Translations under genes and position numbers: made by a program
Origin: Candidatus Liptonbacteria bacterium
GTDB taxonomy: Bacteria > Patescibacteriota > Minisyncoccia > UBA6257 > 2-01-FULL-56-20
Assembly (NCBI GenBank): GCA_023244935.1
Contig: JAHFLJ010000003.1
Coordinates: 1 to 42,058, forward strand
DNA: 42,058 nucleotides
Reading direction: 5' to 3'
Notes under the pieces: model-generated
What the model was told of the DNA's origin: nothing
The model's input: only the letters and a program-made list of their open reading frames with translations
Databases searched by the model: none
Part shown: piece after piece, positions 16,491 through 25,579 of the stretch
How the letters are laid out: each line of letters begins with the position of its first letter
Position numbering within the stretch: position 1 is the first letter of the stretch

Positions 16491-17693
16491 ATGTTATACC
16501 ATTACGTCGCATCCGACGCGGCCGGAAAATTGTATGAATCCGATATCGACGCCCAAAATCTTGATGGTGTATTAAAAAATCTTTCGACCAAGGGACTGCG
16601 TCCGATAAATATTCAATCACTAAAGGACGCTTCCGGAATAATTATATTTAAAGGGAGTATAAATCTGACCGATAAGATATTTTTAACCAAATATTTATCT
16701 TTGATGTTAAAAGTTGGTACTGACCTCCTTTCGGCAATTAATATTTTAATCGCCGATTTTGAAAAACCGGTTATGCGCTCTTTACTTATTGAGGTGCGCG
16801 AAAATTTGATGCGCGGACAGGCATTCAATCAGGTTTTTTCCAGGTATCCCAAGTATTTTTCACCGGTTTTTGTAAATATGGTTAAAGCGGCGGAAGCCTC
16901 CGGTAATCTACAACAAACCTTCGAGGATCTTAGTATCTCTCTCCAGCGGGACGGTGAACTTCAAAGTAGAGTTCGCGGAGCTTTAATCTATCCGATAATT
17001 ATTTTAGTGGCTTCGGTCTCCGTGTTTGTTTTTCTTTCAACTTTTGCGATTCCAAAAATCTCCGCGGTTTTCCGAGAAGGAGGTATTAAAGTTCCCGGAT
17101 TCTCCAAAATAGTTTTTGCGGTAGGAGACTTTATTAACACCAATATTATTTCACTGGGCATAGGGGTTTTTATTTTCGCTTTAGCTTTTTGGATATTTTT
17201 CTTTAAAACACAAGTCGGGCGTCAAATTATGGATAATTTTCTTTCCAATCTACCGGTCGTCAGAAATCTATACAGGGATATTGCCATACAACGTTTTGCT
17301 TCTACCTTCAGTTCGCTGATGAAAGCCGGTTTGCCGATTATCCAAGCCACACATATTACCGCAGACGTAGTTGTGAACAAGCGTTTCAGAGACTCTTTGT
17401 ATCGCATAGCCGATGAAGGGTTGGCAAAAGGAATAACTATTGGTGATGCCTTCAGAAGAGAGCCGGTATTCCCTAGGGTGGTTACAAACCTAATCGCGAT
17501 TTCCGAAAAAGCCGGTCACTTGGAAGAGCTGTTGGATACTCTTGCGGATTTCTATACCTCTAGAATTGATTCCAGCGTCAAAATATTAATCAGTGTTTTG
17601 GAGCCAGTTCTTCTTCTGGGCATGGGAGGCATGGTTGGTTTAATCGCTGTTTCGATTATCGTTCCGATTTATCAGCTTACTTCCACTTTCTAA
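16491..17693 (+). CDS. pilC: Type IV pilus platform protein PilC/GspF
   Basis: Two T2SSF repeats (AAEASGNL, SEKAGHLE), ALIYP and LEP motifs, TM helices. Confidence 0.92.
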   Translation: MLYHYVASDAAGKLYESDIDAQNLDGVLKNLSTKGLRPINIQSLKDASGIIIFKGSINLTDKIFLTKYLSLMLKVGTDLLSAINILIADFEKPVMRSLLIEVRENLMRGQAFNQVFSRYPKYFSPVFVNMVKAAEASGNLQQTFEDLSISLQRDGELQSRVRGALIYPIIILVASVSVFVFLSTFAIPKISAVFREGGIKVPGFSKIVFAVGDFINTNIISLGIGVFIFALAFWIFFFKTQVGRQIMDNFLSNLPVVRNLYRDIAIQRFASTFSSLMKAGLPIIQATHITADVVVNKRFRDSLYRIADEGLAKGITIGDAFRREPVFPRVVTNLIAISEKAGHLEELLDTLADFYTSRIDSSVKILISVLEPVLLLGMGGMVGLIAVSIIVPIYQLTSTF

Positions 17694-17737
17694 AATTAAA
17701 AAACGTCGATTTGCTTCGCGGGTAAAAATTCCAGCAT

Positions 17738-18235
17738 ATGCGTATAAACATATTTAAAACTAAGAAAAACAAAAGAACCGGATTCACGCTGGTTGAATTG
17801 ATTTTAGTTATTGCCTTAATGGTCGTTATTATTTTAATTTCCGTATTAAGTCTCGGAGGCAGAAAAGGAAAGACCGAATTGGACGGCATTACCAAGCAAA
17901 TCGTTGGACAACTGCGCGAGGCCCAAAGTAAGTCCGCGTCCCAAGTTAATAGCACAACCTGGGGGGTCAGGATTGACAACGCGACCAGCGGAGCATTTTT
18001 TGGAACGTTTAGTAGCTCAACCTATACCACCACAACAAAAACAAGCTATACCCGCCTTCCGAGAAATATCAGCTACGTGACCTCCACATTGCCAGTCGGA
18101 GCTTATCGCGAGATATTTTTTACGCAGATAAGTGGCGCTCCCTCAACCACCACCATTATTTCGCTTCAATTAACCGACACTCCAAATGTTTCCACCACAA
18201 TAAGCGTAGGGTTGGGGGGAGTAATCGGCTACTAA
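17738..18235 (+). CDS. Minor pilin / pseudopilin (FimT/GspH-like)
   Basis: TG|FTLVELILV motif; LREAQSKS. Confidence 0.85.
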   Translation: MRINIFKTKKNKRTGFTLVELILVIALMVVIILISVLSLGGRKGKTELDGITKQIVGQLREAQSKSASQVNSTTWGVRIDNATSGAFFGTFSSSTYTTTTKTSYTRLPRNISYVTSTLPVGAYREIFFTQISGAPSTTTIISLQLTDTPNVSTTISVGLGGVIGY

Positions 18236-18270
18236 ACATTGAACTGTTGTGATAAAATAATATCAGGAAG

Positions 18271-19512
18271 ATGATCCTGCCAAGAAAATCAGGCCAGTCT
18301 TTGATAGAAATACTCGTAGCTATAGGTGTCGGGGTTATTATGCTTGTCGGCGCAGTTACCGCGCTGGTTCCGGCAATAAAAAGTTTGTCGGACATAAGCA
18401 GAACCCAAGGTTCAGCCTCAGCGTCTAAGGAACTATTGGATAACGTCAGAATTTTTGCGGAGAGTAATTGGCATAACATAGATACTCTTTCAACCTCCCA
18501 GAAATACTTTTTGAATACCGCAACCTCAACTTTCGCTGTAGCCACCGGAACGGAAACGGTAATCTCCGATGGGATTACTTCCGGATTAGTTGGATATTGG
18601 AAGCTGGATGATAATTTAGGCACATCGGTCATGGATTTTTCAGGCAACGGGAATAGCGGTTCGAAAGCTGGCAACCCAACGGCTACGAGCAGTTGCTGGG
18701 CAGGCGGTTGCTATTTATTCAATGGCGCCGGTGATTATATTGACATCGGCAACAATACAATTCTTGGAAGCAGTGCTTTTACTTTGTCGGCATGGATAAA
18801 CCCCACTGCAATAAATAAATACTCCGCTGCGCTTATGATCGGAAATAGTGCTGCCGGGCAATCGGCATACATCGGAACTATTGCCACGGCCCAGGTCGGC
18901 ACTTCAAACTCAATCGGTGGCGGTTTTTACGGTATAAATTACGGGTCAGGAGTTACATCTGCAAATAAGTGGGTTCATGTCGCTATGACTTTTTCCGGGG
19001 GAGCAGATGGCAGTGCGAACATTTATATTGATGGAGAAAATAAATTAACGGCAACTTCGACTCCAAACCTTGGGTCGGCAACTAGACGAATTGGAAGAAT
19101 CGGGACGGATACTATATATGACTTTCCAGGAAAAATCGATGATGTCCGTATTTATAACCGAGCGCTTGCGCCGGCTGAAATCAATACAATCTATCGCGCA
19201 GATCTTTTTACCAGGAATTTTCAGGTAGCGGATGTTTATAGAGACGAAAACAATTCTGATAAAATAATTACAGGGACAGGGGGAACTTTGGATCCGTCAA
19301 CCAAACGAATTACAATTGAATATGGTTGGCCAGGTAGCCAGCTCAAAACTTTTTCGGCATATTTAACCAGATATAGAAATAAATCTTTTGTTCAGACTAG
19401 TTGGCAAGCCGGCGCAAGTAGCACCTATACTTCGACCACGGCCAATTGGTTTACGACATCAAGCGGAGTTAGTTATTCGACATCAACCGGAATAAGAATT
19501 GAAGGATTATGA
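18271..19512 (+). CDS. Pilin-like protein with an inserted LamG/concanavalin-A-like domain
   Basis: SG|QSLIEILVA N-terminus; GLVGYWKLDD...FTLSAWI...WVHVAMT...GKIDDVRIYNRAL LamG-like core. Confidence 0.85.
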   Translation: MILPRKSGQSLIEILVAIGVGVIMLVGAVTALVPAIKSLSDISRTQGSASASKELLDNVRIFAESNWHNIDTLSTSQKYFLNTATSTFAVATGTETVISDGITSGLVGYWKLDDNLGTSVMDFSGNGNSGSKAGNPTATSSCWAGGCYLFNGAGDYIDIGNNTILGSSAFTLSAWINPTAINKYSAALMIGNSAAGQSAYIGTIATAQVGTSNSIGGGFYGINYGSGVTSANKWVHVAMTFSGGADGSANIYIDGENKLTATSTPNLGSATRRIGRIGTDTIYDFPGKIDDVRIYNRALAPAEINTIYRADLFTRNFQVADVYRDENNSDKIITGTGGTLDPSTKRITIEYGWPGSQLKTFSAYLTRYRNKSFVQTSWQAGASSTYTSTTANWFTTSSGVSYSTSTGIRIEGL

Positions 19513-20399
19513 TAAACAACATTAAAAAATTATGGTATATGTTGCCGATGGGCTTAATTTTAGGGATTGCCTTTTTATTATTCGGCAAGGATTTAAATAT
19601 TTTGAAAATGGCGCGTGCGGCGACTAATATCAGCTCCAACGTTACCGAACACTGGGCCTGGAACGATGTTGTCGGTTGGTTAGATTTTTATAACACGTTG
19701 AATGTAAATGTTAATCCAGTGCAACTTACAGGGTACGCAAGTTCTTCTATTGGGGACGTCTCACTTGATTGCGCGACAACTCGCGCAGGAAATGTTTGCT
19801 CCGGAGCAAATGACAACTACAAAGTAATTAACGACGGCAGTGGATATCTCTCCGGTTGGGCTTGGAATGATAACTACGGCTGGGTTAGTTTCTGTGGAGG
19901 AGGGGGTGCGGATCCTAACTGCCCCGGGAGTACGGCATATCAGGTTTCAATAAATCCGAATACCGGTCTATTCAGCGGTTATGCTTGGAATGATGTTATT
20001 GGTTGGATAAGTTTTAACTGCGCGGACATTGGAGTTTGTGGGACTTCGGATTATAAAGTCTTAACTTCCTGGGTTGCTTCTTCAACAGCCGCAGTTATTG
20101 AGTCGGCAACTTTCGATACCGGAGTCAGTGGCGGAGCGCAAATCAACTCTTTTTATTGGGAGGGTGATCCGGGGACGAATACCGCGGTGTATTTTCAGTT
20201 TGCAATAAGTAATTCTACCAGCGGTCCATGGAATTATTTCGGGAATTACGAAGCGAACGAAGGGTTGCCAAGGACCAAAGTAAATTTTATTTTACATAAT
20301 AATATGCGTTATTTCCGCTATAAAATAACTTTAGTTTCCGACCAAGGGCAACAAAGCACTCCGGTTATTAGAAAGGTGGTGATAGATTGGAGTCCGTAG
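19509..20399 (+). CDS. Membrane-anchored/secreted pilus-associated protein with three Trp-rich repeats
   Basis: N-terminal hydrophobic segment; WAWNDVVGWL, WAWNDNYGWV, YAWNDVIGWI repeats with paired Cys; C-terminal RYFRYKITL..TPVI. Confidence 0.75.
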   Translation: MINNIKKLWYMLPMGLILGIAFLLFGKDLNILKMARAATNISSNVTEHWAWNDVVGWLDFYNTLNVNVNPVQLTGYASSSIGDVSLDCATTRAGNVCSGANDNYKVINDGSGYLSGWAWNDNYGWVSFCGGGGADPNCPGSTAYQVSINPNTGLFSGYAWNDVIGWISFNCADIGVCGTSDYKVLTSWVASSTAAVIESATFDTGVSGGAQINSFYWEGDPGTNTAVYFQFAISNSTSGPWNYFGNYEANEGLPRTKVNFILHNNMRYFRYKITLVSDQGQQSTPVIRKVVIDWSP

Positions 20400-20412
20400 A
20401 CAACAAAATTCA

Positions 20413-20520
20413 ACTAATAACTTATGACTTATAATTTTAAACAATCAATAAAAAGCAAAAACAATTCAAAAATGAGTTTGTTTTGTTTTGGTGATGAGTC
20501 ATTAGTGATCAGTGATAAGT
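20413..20520. repeat. Heptad-periodic inverted repeat element overlapping the next gene's 5' end
   Basis: ACTAATA ACTTATG ACTTATA ... GATGAGT CATTAGT GATCAGT GATAAGT. Confidence 0.75.
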
Positions 20521-20942
20521 CCGGCGCTTCGCGCCGTGGCCAAGCCGCGTTGTCGCTGGTATTTTTAATCGGGGGAATTGCGCTTTTGGTTTCAGTTACC
20601 ATAGCGGTAATCGCTATCAGTTTTTTGAATTCTACTTTTGCTTTTCAATCCGCAAATCGCGCCTATGCCAATGCCACTTCCGGAGCGCAAGACGCGCTTT
20701 TGAAACTTGCCCGCGATGATTCATTTTCGGATTTAACCGGATATCAAGTTCCTTATGTCATCGGAGGCTGTCTTTCTAATTGTGCTTTTGTCACAGTTAA
20801 CCAGGTTGACCCCAGTAAACAAGTGGAGATTATTTCCACAGCGACAGTTTTCGCTTCTACGCGTAAGATTAAGGTGGTAGTCGCGATAGATCCAAATAAT
20901 GGAGAAGTATCGGTTTCCTCATGGACTAATCTTGAATTGTAA
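20472..20942 (+). CDS. PilX-like minor pilin
   Basis: RG|QAALSLVFLI, A.ANA.SG.QDALLKL.RD pattern; start uncertain (20424 or 20472). Confidence 0.75.
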   Translation: MSLFCFGDESLVISDKSGASRRGQAALSLVFLIGGIALLVSVTIAVIAISFLNSTFAFQSANRAYANATSGAQDALLKLARDDSFSDLTGYQVPYVIGGCLSNCAFVTVNQVDPSKQVEIISTATVFASTRKIKVVVAIDPNNGEVSVSSWTNLEL

Positions 20943-20944
20943 AA

Positions 20945-22459
20945 ATGAAAATTAATATATTAAACAAGCTCCTCTCGGTAATAAAGGCAACGCCTACTAT
21001 TGGTGGCTTGGAGATTTCCGATTCATTTTTGCGGTTTTCCGTTTGGGACGGAGTGCAGTGGCTAACCACTGCGCTTCGGCTTCCTCCGGGCATAGTTGTC
21101 GGGGGACAGATTAAAGATCGCAAGAACTTCGTAGAGGCACTTAAGATGTTCCATAAACAAATTATGGGTAATAGGATGAGTAAATCTCGTGTTAGCGTGG
21201 TTGTTTCACTTAGCTCCATCGGAATATATACTCAAGTTTTCACTCTGCCGTTCATGGAAGGAGAAAGTCTTGATAAGGCTGTTCAGCTGAATATCCAGAT
21301 GATATCTCCACTGGACTTTGCAACTGCGTATTCCGGATGGCAGTTTGCCCACCGCGACGCCGACAATCTCAGAATAGAAATTTTAAGCGCGTTTATAAAC
21401 CGTAAAATTATTGATGATTTTTCGACATCTCTCAAAGAAGCTGGCTTTATTCCGGTTGCAGTGGAATCTCGCGCCCTCTCTCTTGTCAGATTAATTAAGG
21501 ATGCTGTTGCCGACATCGACAAAGAAAAATCACATATTATTTTGAGCGTGGATAGTAGCGGTGTGGATGTTATGATCTCCAGATATGGAGAATTACATTT
21601 TGATTATTTCAATTCCTGGAGAGATATTCAGGGAGACGATCGGGAGGTGACTTTTGATGCATTTAACGGCGCAGTGATAAGAAATCTTCATCAAGTCATA
21701 AATTATTATAGTTCGCATTGGCAAGATCCGCTTTCGGAAATACTTTATTTATCTCCGGTTTTTCAAGACCAGATAAAAAAAACCATCGAGGAAAATTTTG
21801 GGATTTCGGCAAAAGAATTAAATATTAACTCGCAGTCTCCGATAAGTTCCGACTGGTTTGTTTCTTTGGGGTCTGCAATGCGGGGAATGAGTTCTAGAAG
21901 AAATGACACCGAAATAAGTTTGCTTGGAATCGACGCTCAGGACGAGTTTCAGCAGGAGCAAGTTGTAGCCTTTCTACGTTTTTGGAGATCGCTTTTGCCG
22001 GCTTCGCTTTTAGTTCTACTGCTATCGGTTATCGCGGTTAACTACGTTCTTGATGATATTAACACCTCGCTTGCCGAGAAACTTTCCAGACTGGCTAGCC
22101 CGGAGCAAGTTAAAGAAATGTCTCTGATTGAAACCGAGGCAACAAATTTCAACCGTTTAGTCGGATTACTTTCATCCTTGGACTCCATCCCGCCGAAGAC
22201 AGTTGTAATAAAGAATATTTCCGAAATCGCCGATAAGAATCAAATTACGATTACGCGAATTTATAATCAAGCAAACAATGTGCCATATAAATTAACCGGA
22301 CAAGCGCGTAGTCAAGATGAGCTTATAGCTTTTAAAAAGGATCTCGATTCCAATCCGGTACTGATTAATGTGGTTTTGCCTTTGTCTAATATCAAGGCAA
22401 ACTCTCAGGGCGTTGATTTTTCGCTAACTTTTGACTTTAACTCCGCAAACGCTAAGTAA
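20945..22459 (+). CDS. PilM-like actin-fold domain fused to TM and PilN-like domain
   Basis: GGLEISDS.LR N-terminus, AG..PVAVESRALSL.R, EISLL linker, TM helix, then LTGQA...F...L periplasmic-type domain. Confidence 0.78.
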   Translation: MKINILNKLLSVIKATPTIGGLEISDSFLRFSVWDGVQWLTTALRLPPGIVVGGQIKDRKNFVEALKMFHKQIMGNRMSKSRVSVVVSLSSIGIYTQVFTLPFMEGESLDKAVQLNIQMISPLDFATAYSGWQFAHRDADNLRIEILSAFINRKIIDDFSTSLKEAGFIPVAVESRALSLVRLIKDAVADIDKEKSHIILSVDSSGVDVMISRYGELHFDYFNSWRDIQGDDREVTFDAFNGAVIRNLHQVINYYSSHWQDPLSEILYLSPVFQDQIKKTIEENFGISAKELNINSQSPISSDWFVSLGSAMRGMSSRRNDTEISLLGIDAQDEFQQEQVVAFLRFWRSLLPASLLVLLLSVIAVNYVLDDINTSLAEKLSRLASPEQVKEMSLIETEATNFNRLVGLLSSLDSIPPKTVVIKNISEIADKNQITITRIYNQANNVPYKLTGQARSQDELIAFKKDLDSNPVLINVVLPLSNIKANSQGVDFSLTFDFNSANAK

Positions 22460-22959
22460 AGTTTTTCTAAATCAGTTTTTTTTATTTTTTTTAGGACAAA
22501 ATCTTCCGCCTTTTTTCGGACAACTTCATCCGGATTCCTTATTCCTATTCTTACCCTTAAAAAGTTTTTAGTTTTTAAACATTCGATAATCGAAGACACT
22601 CCATTGTGACCGGCCGGTCCGGCGCCACGCGCTGTTTTTATTTCTCCAATTGGCAAGTCGCTGTCGTCGTGTATAATTACAAGGTCGTTTATCTCTCCTT
22701 TAAAAAATTTCAAAGCCTCGCGAACAGCTTTTCCTGAAAGATTCATAAACGTATTTGGAAACACTAAAATATATCTTTTATCGCCATCGATTAGGTCAAA
22801 ATAGTCAAAATTCTCGCCTCTTCCGGTTTTTAAAATGGAGCCTTCGCCTTCCAGCTCATTTTTTAGGTAACCTAGGGCCAGCCAGCCGGCATTATGGTAG
22901 GTGGTTTTGTATTCCCTTCCTGGATTCCCAAGACCAATAATAATCAGTTTTTGCTCCAT
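22405..22959 (-). CDS. pth: Peptidyl-tRNA hydrolase
   Basis: IIGLGNPG..Y..TYHNAG, FMNLSG, HDDSD, GHNGV.SI, RVRIGI; ATG at 22959. Confidence 0.95.
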   Translation of the reverse strand: MEQKLIIIGLGNPGREYKTTYHNAGWLALGYLKNELEGEGSILKTGRGENFDYFDLIDGDKRYILVFPNTFMNLSGKAVREALKFFKGEINDLVIIHDDSDLPIGEIKTARGAGPAGHNGVSSIIECLKTKNFLRVRIGIRNPDEVVRKKAEDFVLKKIKKTDLEKLYLAFAELKSKVSEKSTP

Positions 22960-23032
22960 ATCATTCAATAATAAACTAAAAATCGGCCATTAAAAAGAGC
23001 CATATTTTTTCCTTCTTCCGCTAGCAAGCCCT

Positions 23033-23140
23033 TTAATTCTGCGGGGCCAGCTTCGGCAGGTTCAGACGAGGCGAGTATGACGGAGGTACTTTTAGCGTTT
23101 TTCCAATATCTTTTTCCACTCGCAACCCCATAAAACCCAA
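23033..23140 (-). CDS. Candidate 35-aa small protein upstream of pth
   Basis: AAGGAGG 8 nt before a TTG start (in-frame ATG at 23131); (M)GFMGLRVEKDIGKTLKVPPSYSPRLNLPKLAPQN*. Confidence 0.3.
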   Translation of the reverse strand: MGFMGLRVEKDIGKTLKVPPSYSPRLNLPKLAPQN

Positions 23141-23195
23141 TTATCGAGCCTCCTTGCTACGAATTAATGACCACTGTATACTATCTATAATAAAT

Positions 23196-23747
23196 ATGAA
23201 AAAAATACTCGTTTCTATACTGGAAATAGGAGAAATCGCGATAATCGCCCTAGGCGCAGTTTTTATAGTCCGAAATTTTTTAATTCAGCCATTTTTGGTT
23301 TCCGGCTCCAGCATGTCTCCAAATTTCTCGAATGGCGATTATGTCTTAATCGACGAATTAACGTATCGAATGCGCGAACCGGCAAGGGGAGAAGTTATAG
23401 TTTTTAAATATCCGAAAGAGGAAAGCACGTATTTTATTAAAAGAGTAATCGGGCTTCCTGGAGAACGCGTGACTGTGAGCGGTGGAATTGTTAAAATATA
23501 TAACAACGAGCACGCAGACGGATTGGTCTTAGGCGAAGAATATCTGCCGACCGGTCTTTCGACAAGTGGAGATTCGGATACTCGGCTCGGCAACGACGAA
23601 TATTTTGTGATGGGTGATAATCGACAGTTTAGCTATGACTCTAGAGTTTGGGGAAAGGTGCCGAAAAAAGATGTAATTGGGATTGCCAGATTACGGCTTT
23701 GGCCACCAAGTGGCCTGACTGTTTTTGCAGCTCCACAATATCCATAA
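23196..23747 (+). CDS. lepB: Signal peptidase I
   Basis: VSGSSMSP (catalytic Ser), FIKRVIGLPGE (Lys), GDNR..SYDSR; start moved to ATG 23196. Confidence 0.95.
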   Translation: MKKILVSILEIGEIAIIALGAVFIVRNFLIQPFLVSGSSMSPNFSNGDYVLIDELTYRMREPARGEVIVFKYPKEESTYFIKRVIGLPGERVTVSGGIVKIYNNEHADGLVLGEEYLPTGLSTSGDSDTRLGNDEYFVMGDNRQFSYDSRVWGKVPKKDVIGIARLRLWPPSGLTVFAAPQYP

Positions 23748-23750
23748 GAA

Positions 23751-25034
23751 ATGAACAAAGAAAAAAAAGAGGAGATTCTAAAAACCCCGAAAGGGATGCA
23801 CGATATTCTTCCCGAAGAAGGTCGTTGGTGGGATAAGGTCAGAAAGGCTACCGAGAAGGTGACTGAGTTTTACGGTTTTCAAAAAATAGAAACTCCGATA
23901 TTGGAGCAGGCTGTGCTTTTTTCTCGCACCGTAGGAGAAGATACGGATATTGTTCAAAAAGAAATGTATACCGTCAAAACAAAAAGCGGTGACACCCTTG
24001 CGCTTCGTCCGGAGGGGACAGCTTCAATTTGTCGCGCCTATTTGGAGCACTCTCTTTCCAAAGCCGCGCCAATGCAAAAGTTTTGGTATGAAGGACCGAT
24101 GTTTCGATACGAGAACCCGCAAGCCGGACGTCTCAGGCAGTTTCATCAAATTGGACTGGAGGTTTTGGGAGGTGTCGCCGATCCGATGTATGACGCGCAA
24201 GTTATAATTGCGATGTATCGTTTACTTGAGGACTTGCGTATTAAAAATATAACTTTAAGAATAAACTCGATAGGATGTAAGGTCTGTCGCCCGGCATATA
24301 AGCGTCAATTACAAGCCTATTATAAAAATAACCTAAAAAAACTTTGCGGTGATTGTAATAAGCGATACAAAGACAATCCGCTAAGACTTTTAGACTGCAA
24401 AAACGAAAAATGTCAGCCTTATAAAGAAGACGCTCCGAACTTTTTCGATAAACTTTGTAGCAGTTGCAGTACTCATCTTAAATCTGTTTTGGAATACATG
24501 GATGAACTTGGTGTCCCTTATATTTTGGATAACCAATTGGTTCGCGGTTTGGATTATTACAGCAAAACAGTTTTTGAGTTTTATGCGGAAGGCGAGAACT
24601 CTTGGGCTTTGGGCGGTGGAGGCAGATATGACTATTTAATGGAGATGCTTGGAGGTAAAGCGACGCCGGCAGTGGGTGGCGCATTTGGAGTAGAACGTAT
24701 TGTTGAAACAATGAAGTCTCAAGGAGTTAGTTTGCCGGAGAGGACTCCTAAAAAAGTATTTATAGTTCACGTTGGCGATCTGGCAAAAAAGAAAGCTCTT
24801 AAAATAATCGAAGAATTGAGACATGCGGGAATTTCGGTAACCGAAGCCCTGAGCAAGGATTCACTCAAGGCACAGCTTAAAGCGGCGGACAAAGAGGGAG
24901 CCGCAATTGCGCTCATTCTTGGGCAAAAAGAAATTTTTGAAGGGAATATTATTATTCGTGACCTTAAAAATAGTCTACAAGAAAGTGTCCCAACCGAGCG
25001 AATGGTGGAAGAAATAAAGAAAAGGTTAAAATAA
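23751..25034 (+). CDS. hisS: Histidine--tRNA ligase
   Basis: PKGMHD, LRPEGTA, FRYENPQAGRLRQFHQ, LVRGLDYY, GGGRYD. Confidence 0.97.
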   Translation: MNKEKKEEILKTPKGMHDILPEEGRWWDKVRKATEKVTEFYGFQKIETPILEQAVLFSRTVGEDTDIVQKEMYTVKTKSGDTLALRPEGTASICRAYLEHSLSKAAPMQKFWYEGPMFRYENPQAGRLRQFHQIGLEVLGGVADPMYDAQVIIAMYRLLEDLRIKNITLRINSIGCKVCRPAYKRQLQAYYKNNLKKLCGDCNKRYKDNPLRLLDCKNEKCQPYKEDAPNFFDKLCSSCSTHLKSVLEYMDELGVPYILDNQLVRGLDYYSKTVFEFYAEGENSWALGGGGRYDYLMEMLGGKATPAVGGAFGVERIVETMKSQGVSLPERTPKKVFIVHVGDLAKKKALKIIEELRHAGISVTEALSKDSLKAQLKAADKEGAAIALILGQKEIFEGNIIIRDLKNSLQESVPTERMVEEIKKRLK

Positions 25035-25036
25035 CA

Positions 25037-25109
25037 ACTAATCACTTATAGCCAATGACTTAAAGGAATAAGGGCATTGGTGATAAGTTATCGGTCATCA
25101 GTCATAAGT
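25037..25109. repeat. Heptad-periodic inverted repeat element
   Basis: ACTAATC ACTTATA GCCAATG ACTTAAA ... CATTGGT GATAAGT TATCGGT CATCAGT CATAAGT. Confidence 0.8.
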
Positions 25110-25116
25110 TAATTCT

Positions 25117-25527
25117 ATGGATTGTCTATTCTGTAAAATTCGAGACAAAGAAATTAAAGCCGAATTTGTTTACGAAGACGAGCACGCTTTCGGAATTTTG
25201 GATATTAATCCGATAGCTCCCGGGCATACGATGATGATCCCAAAAGTGCATTCCGAGAATTTATTGGATTTGCCGGACACCGAAGTCGGAGGGGTATTTC
25301 TGGCGGTAAAAAGATATACAGGAATTTTAAAAAAAGTATTTCGGCCGGATGCATTCACAATCGGAATAAATCACGGGCGAGCAAGTGGGCAGGTGATCGA
25401 CCACTTGCATATTCACATAATCCCACGTTTTGAAAACGACGGCGGTAAATCGGTCCACTCGGTTGTCAGTAATCCTCCGAAAGAGTCCCTCGCCGAAATG
25501 GCGTTGAAGATAAGGAATCACAAGTAA
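25117..25527 (+). CDS. HIT family (histidine triad) hydrolase
   Basis: CLFC N-terminus, PGH, HLHIHIIPR. Confidence 0.95.
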   Translation: MDCLFCKIRDKEIKAEFVYEDEHAFGILDINPIAPGHTMMIPKVHSENLLDLPDTEVGGVFLAVKRYTGILKKVFRPDAFTIGINHGRASGQVIDHLHIHIIPRFENDGGKSVHSVVSNPPKESLAEMALKIRNHK

Positions 25528-25533
25528 AGAAAG

Positions 25534-25579
25534 ATAAACATATATCGCATATCATATATGATATGCGATATATGTTTAT
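25534..25579. repeat. Perfect 46-bp palindrome between convergent genes (probable bidirectional terminator)
   Basis: ATAAACATATATCGCATATCATA|TATGATATGCGATATATGTTTAT is its own reverse complement. Confidence 0.85.

Noticed and set aside
24270-24480. Cys-rich insertion in HisRS
   Set aside because: The CxxC-containing insertion domain is a common feature of many bacterial HisRS proteins and is not unusual.
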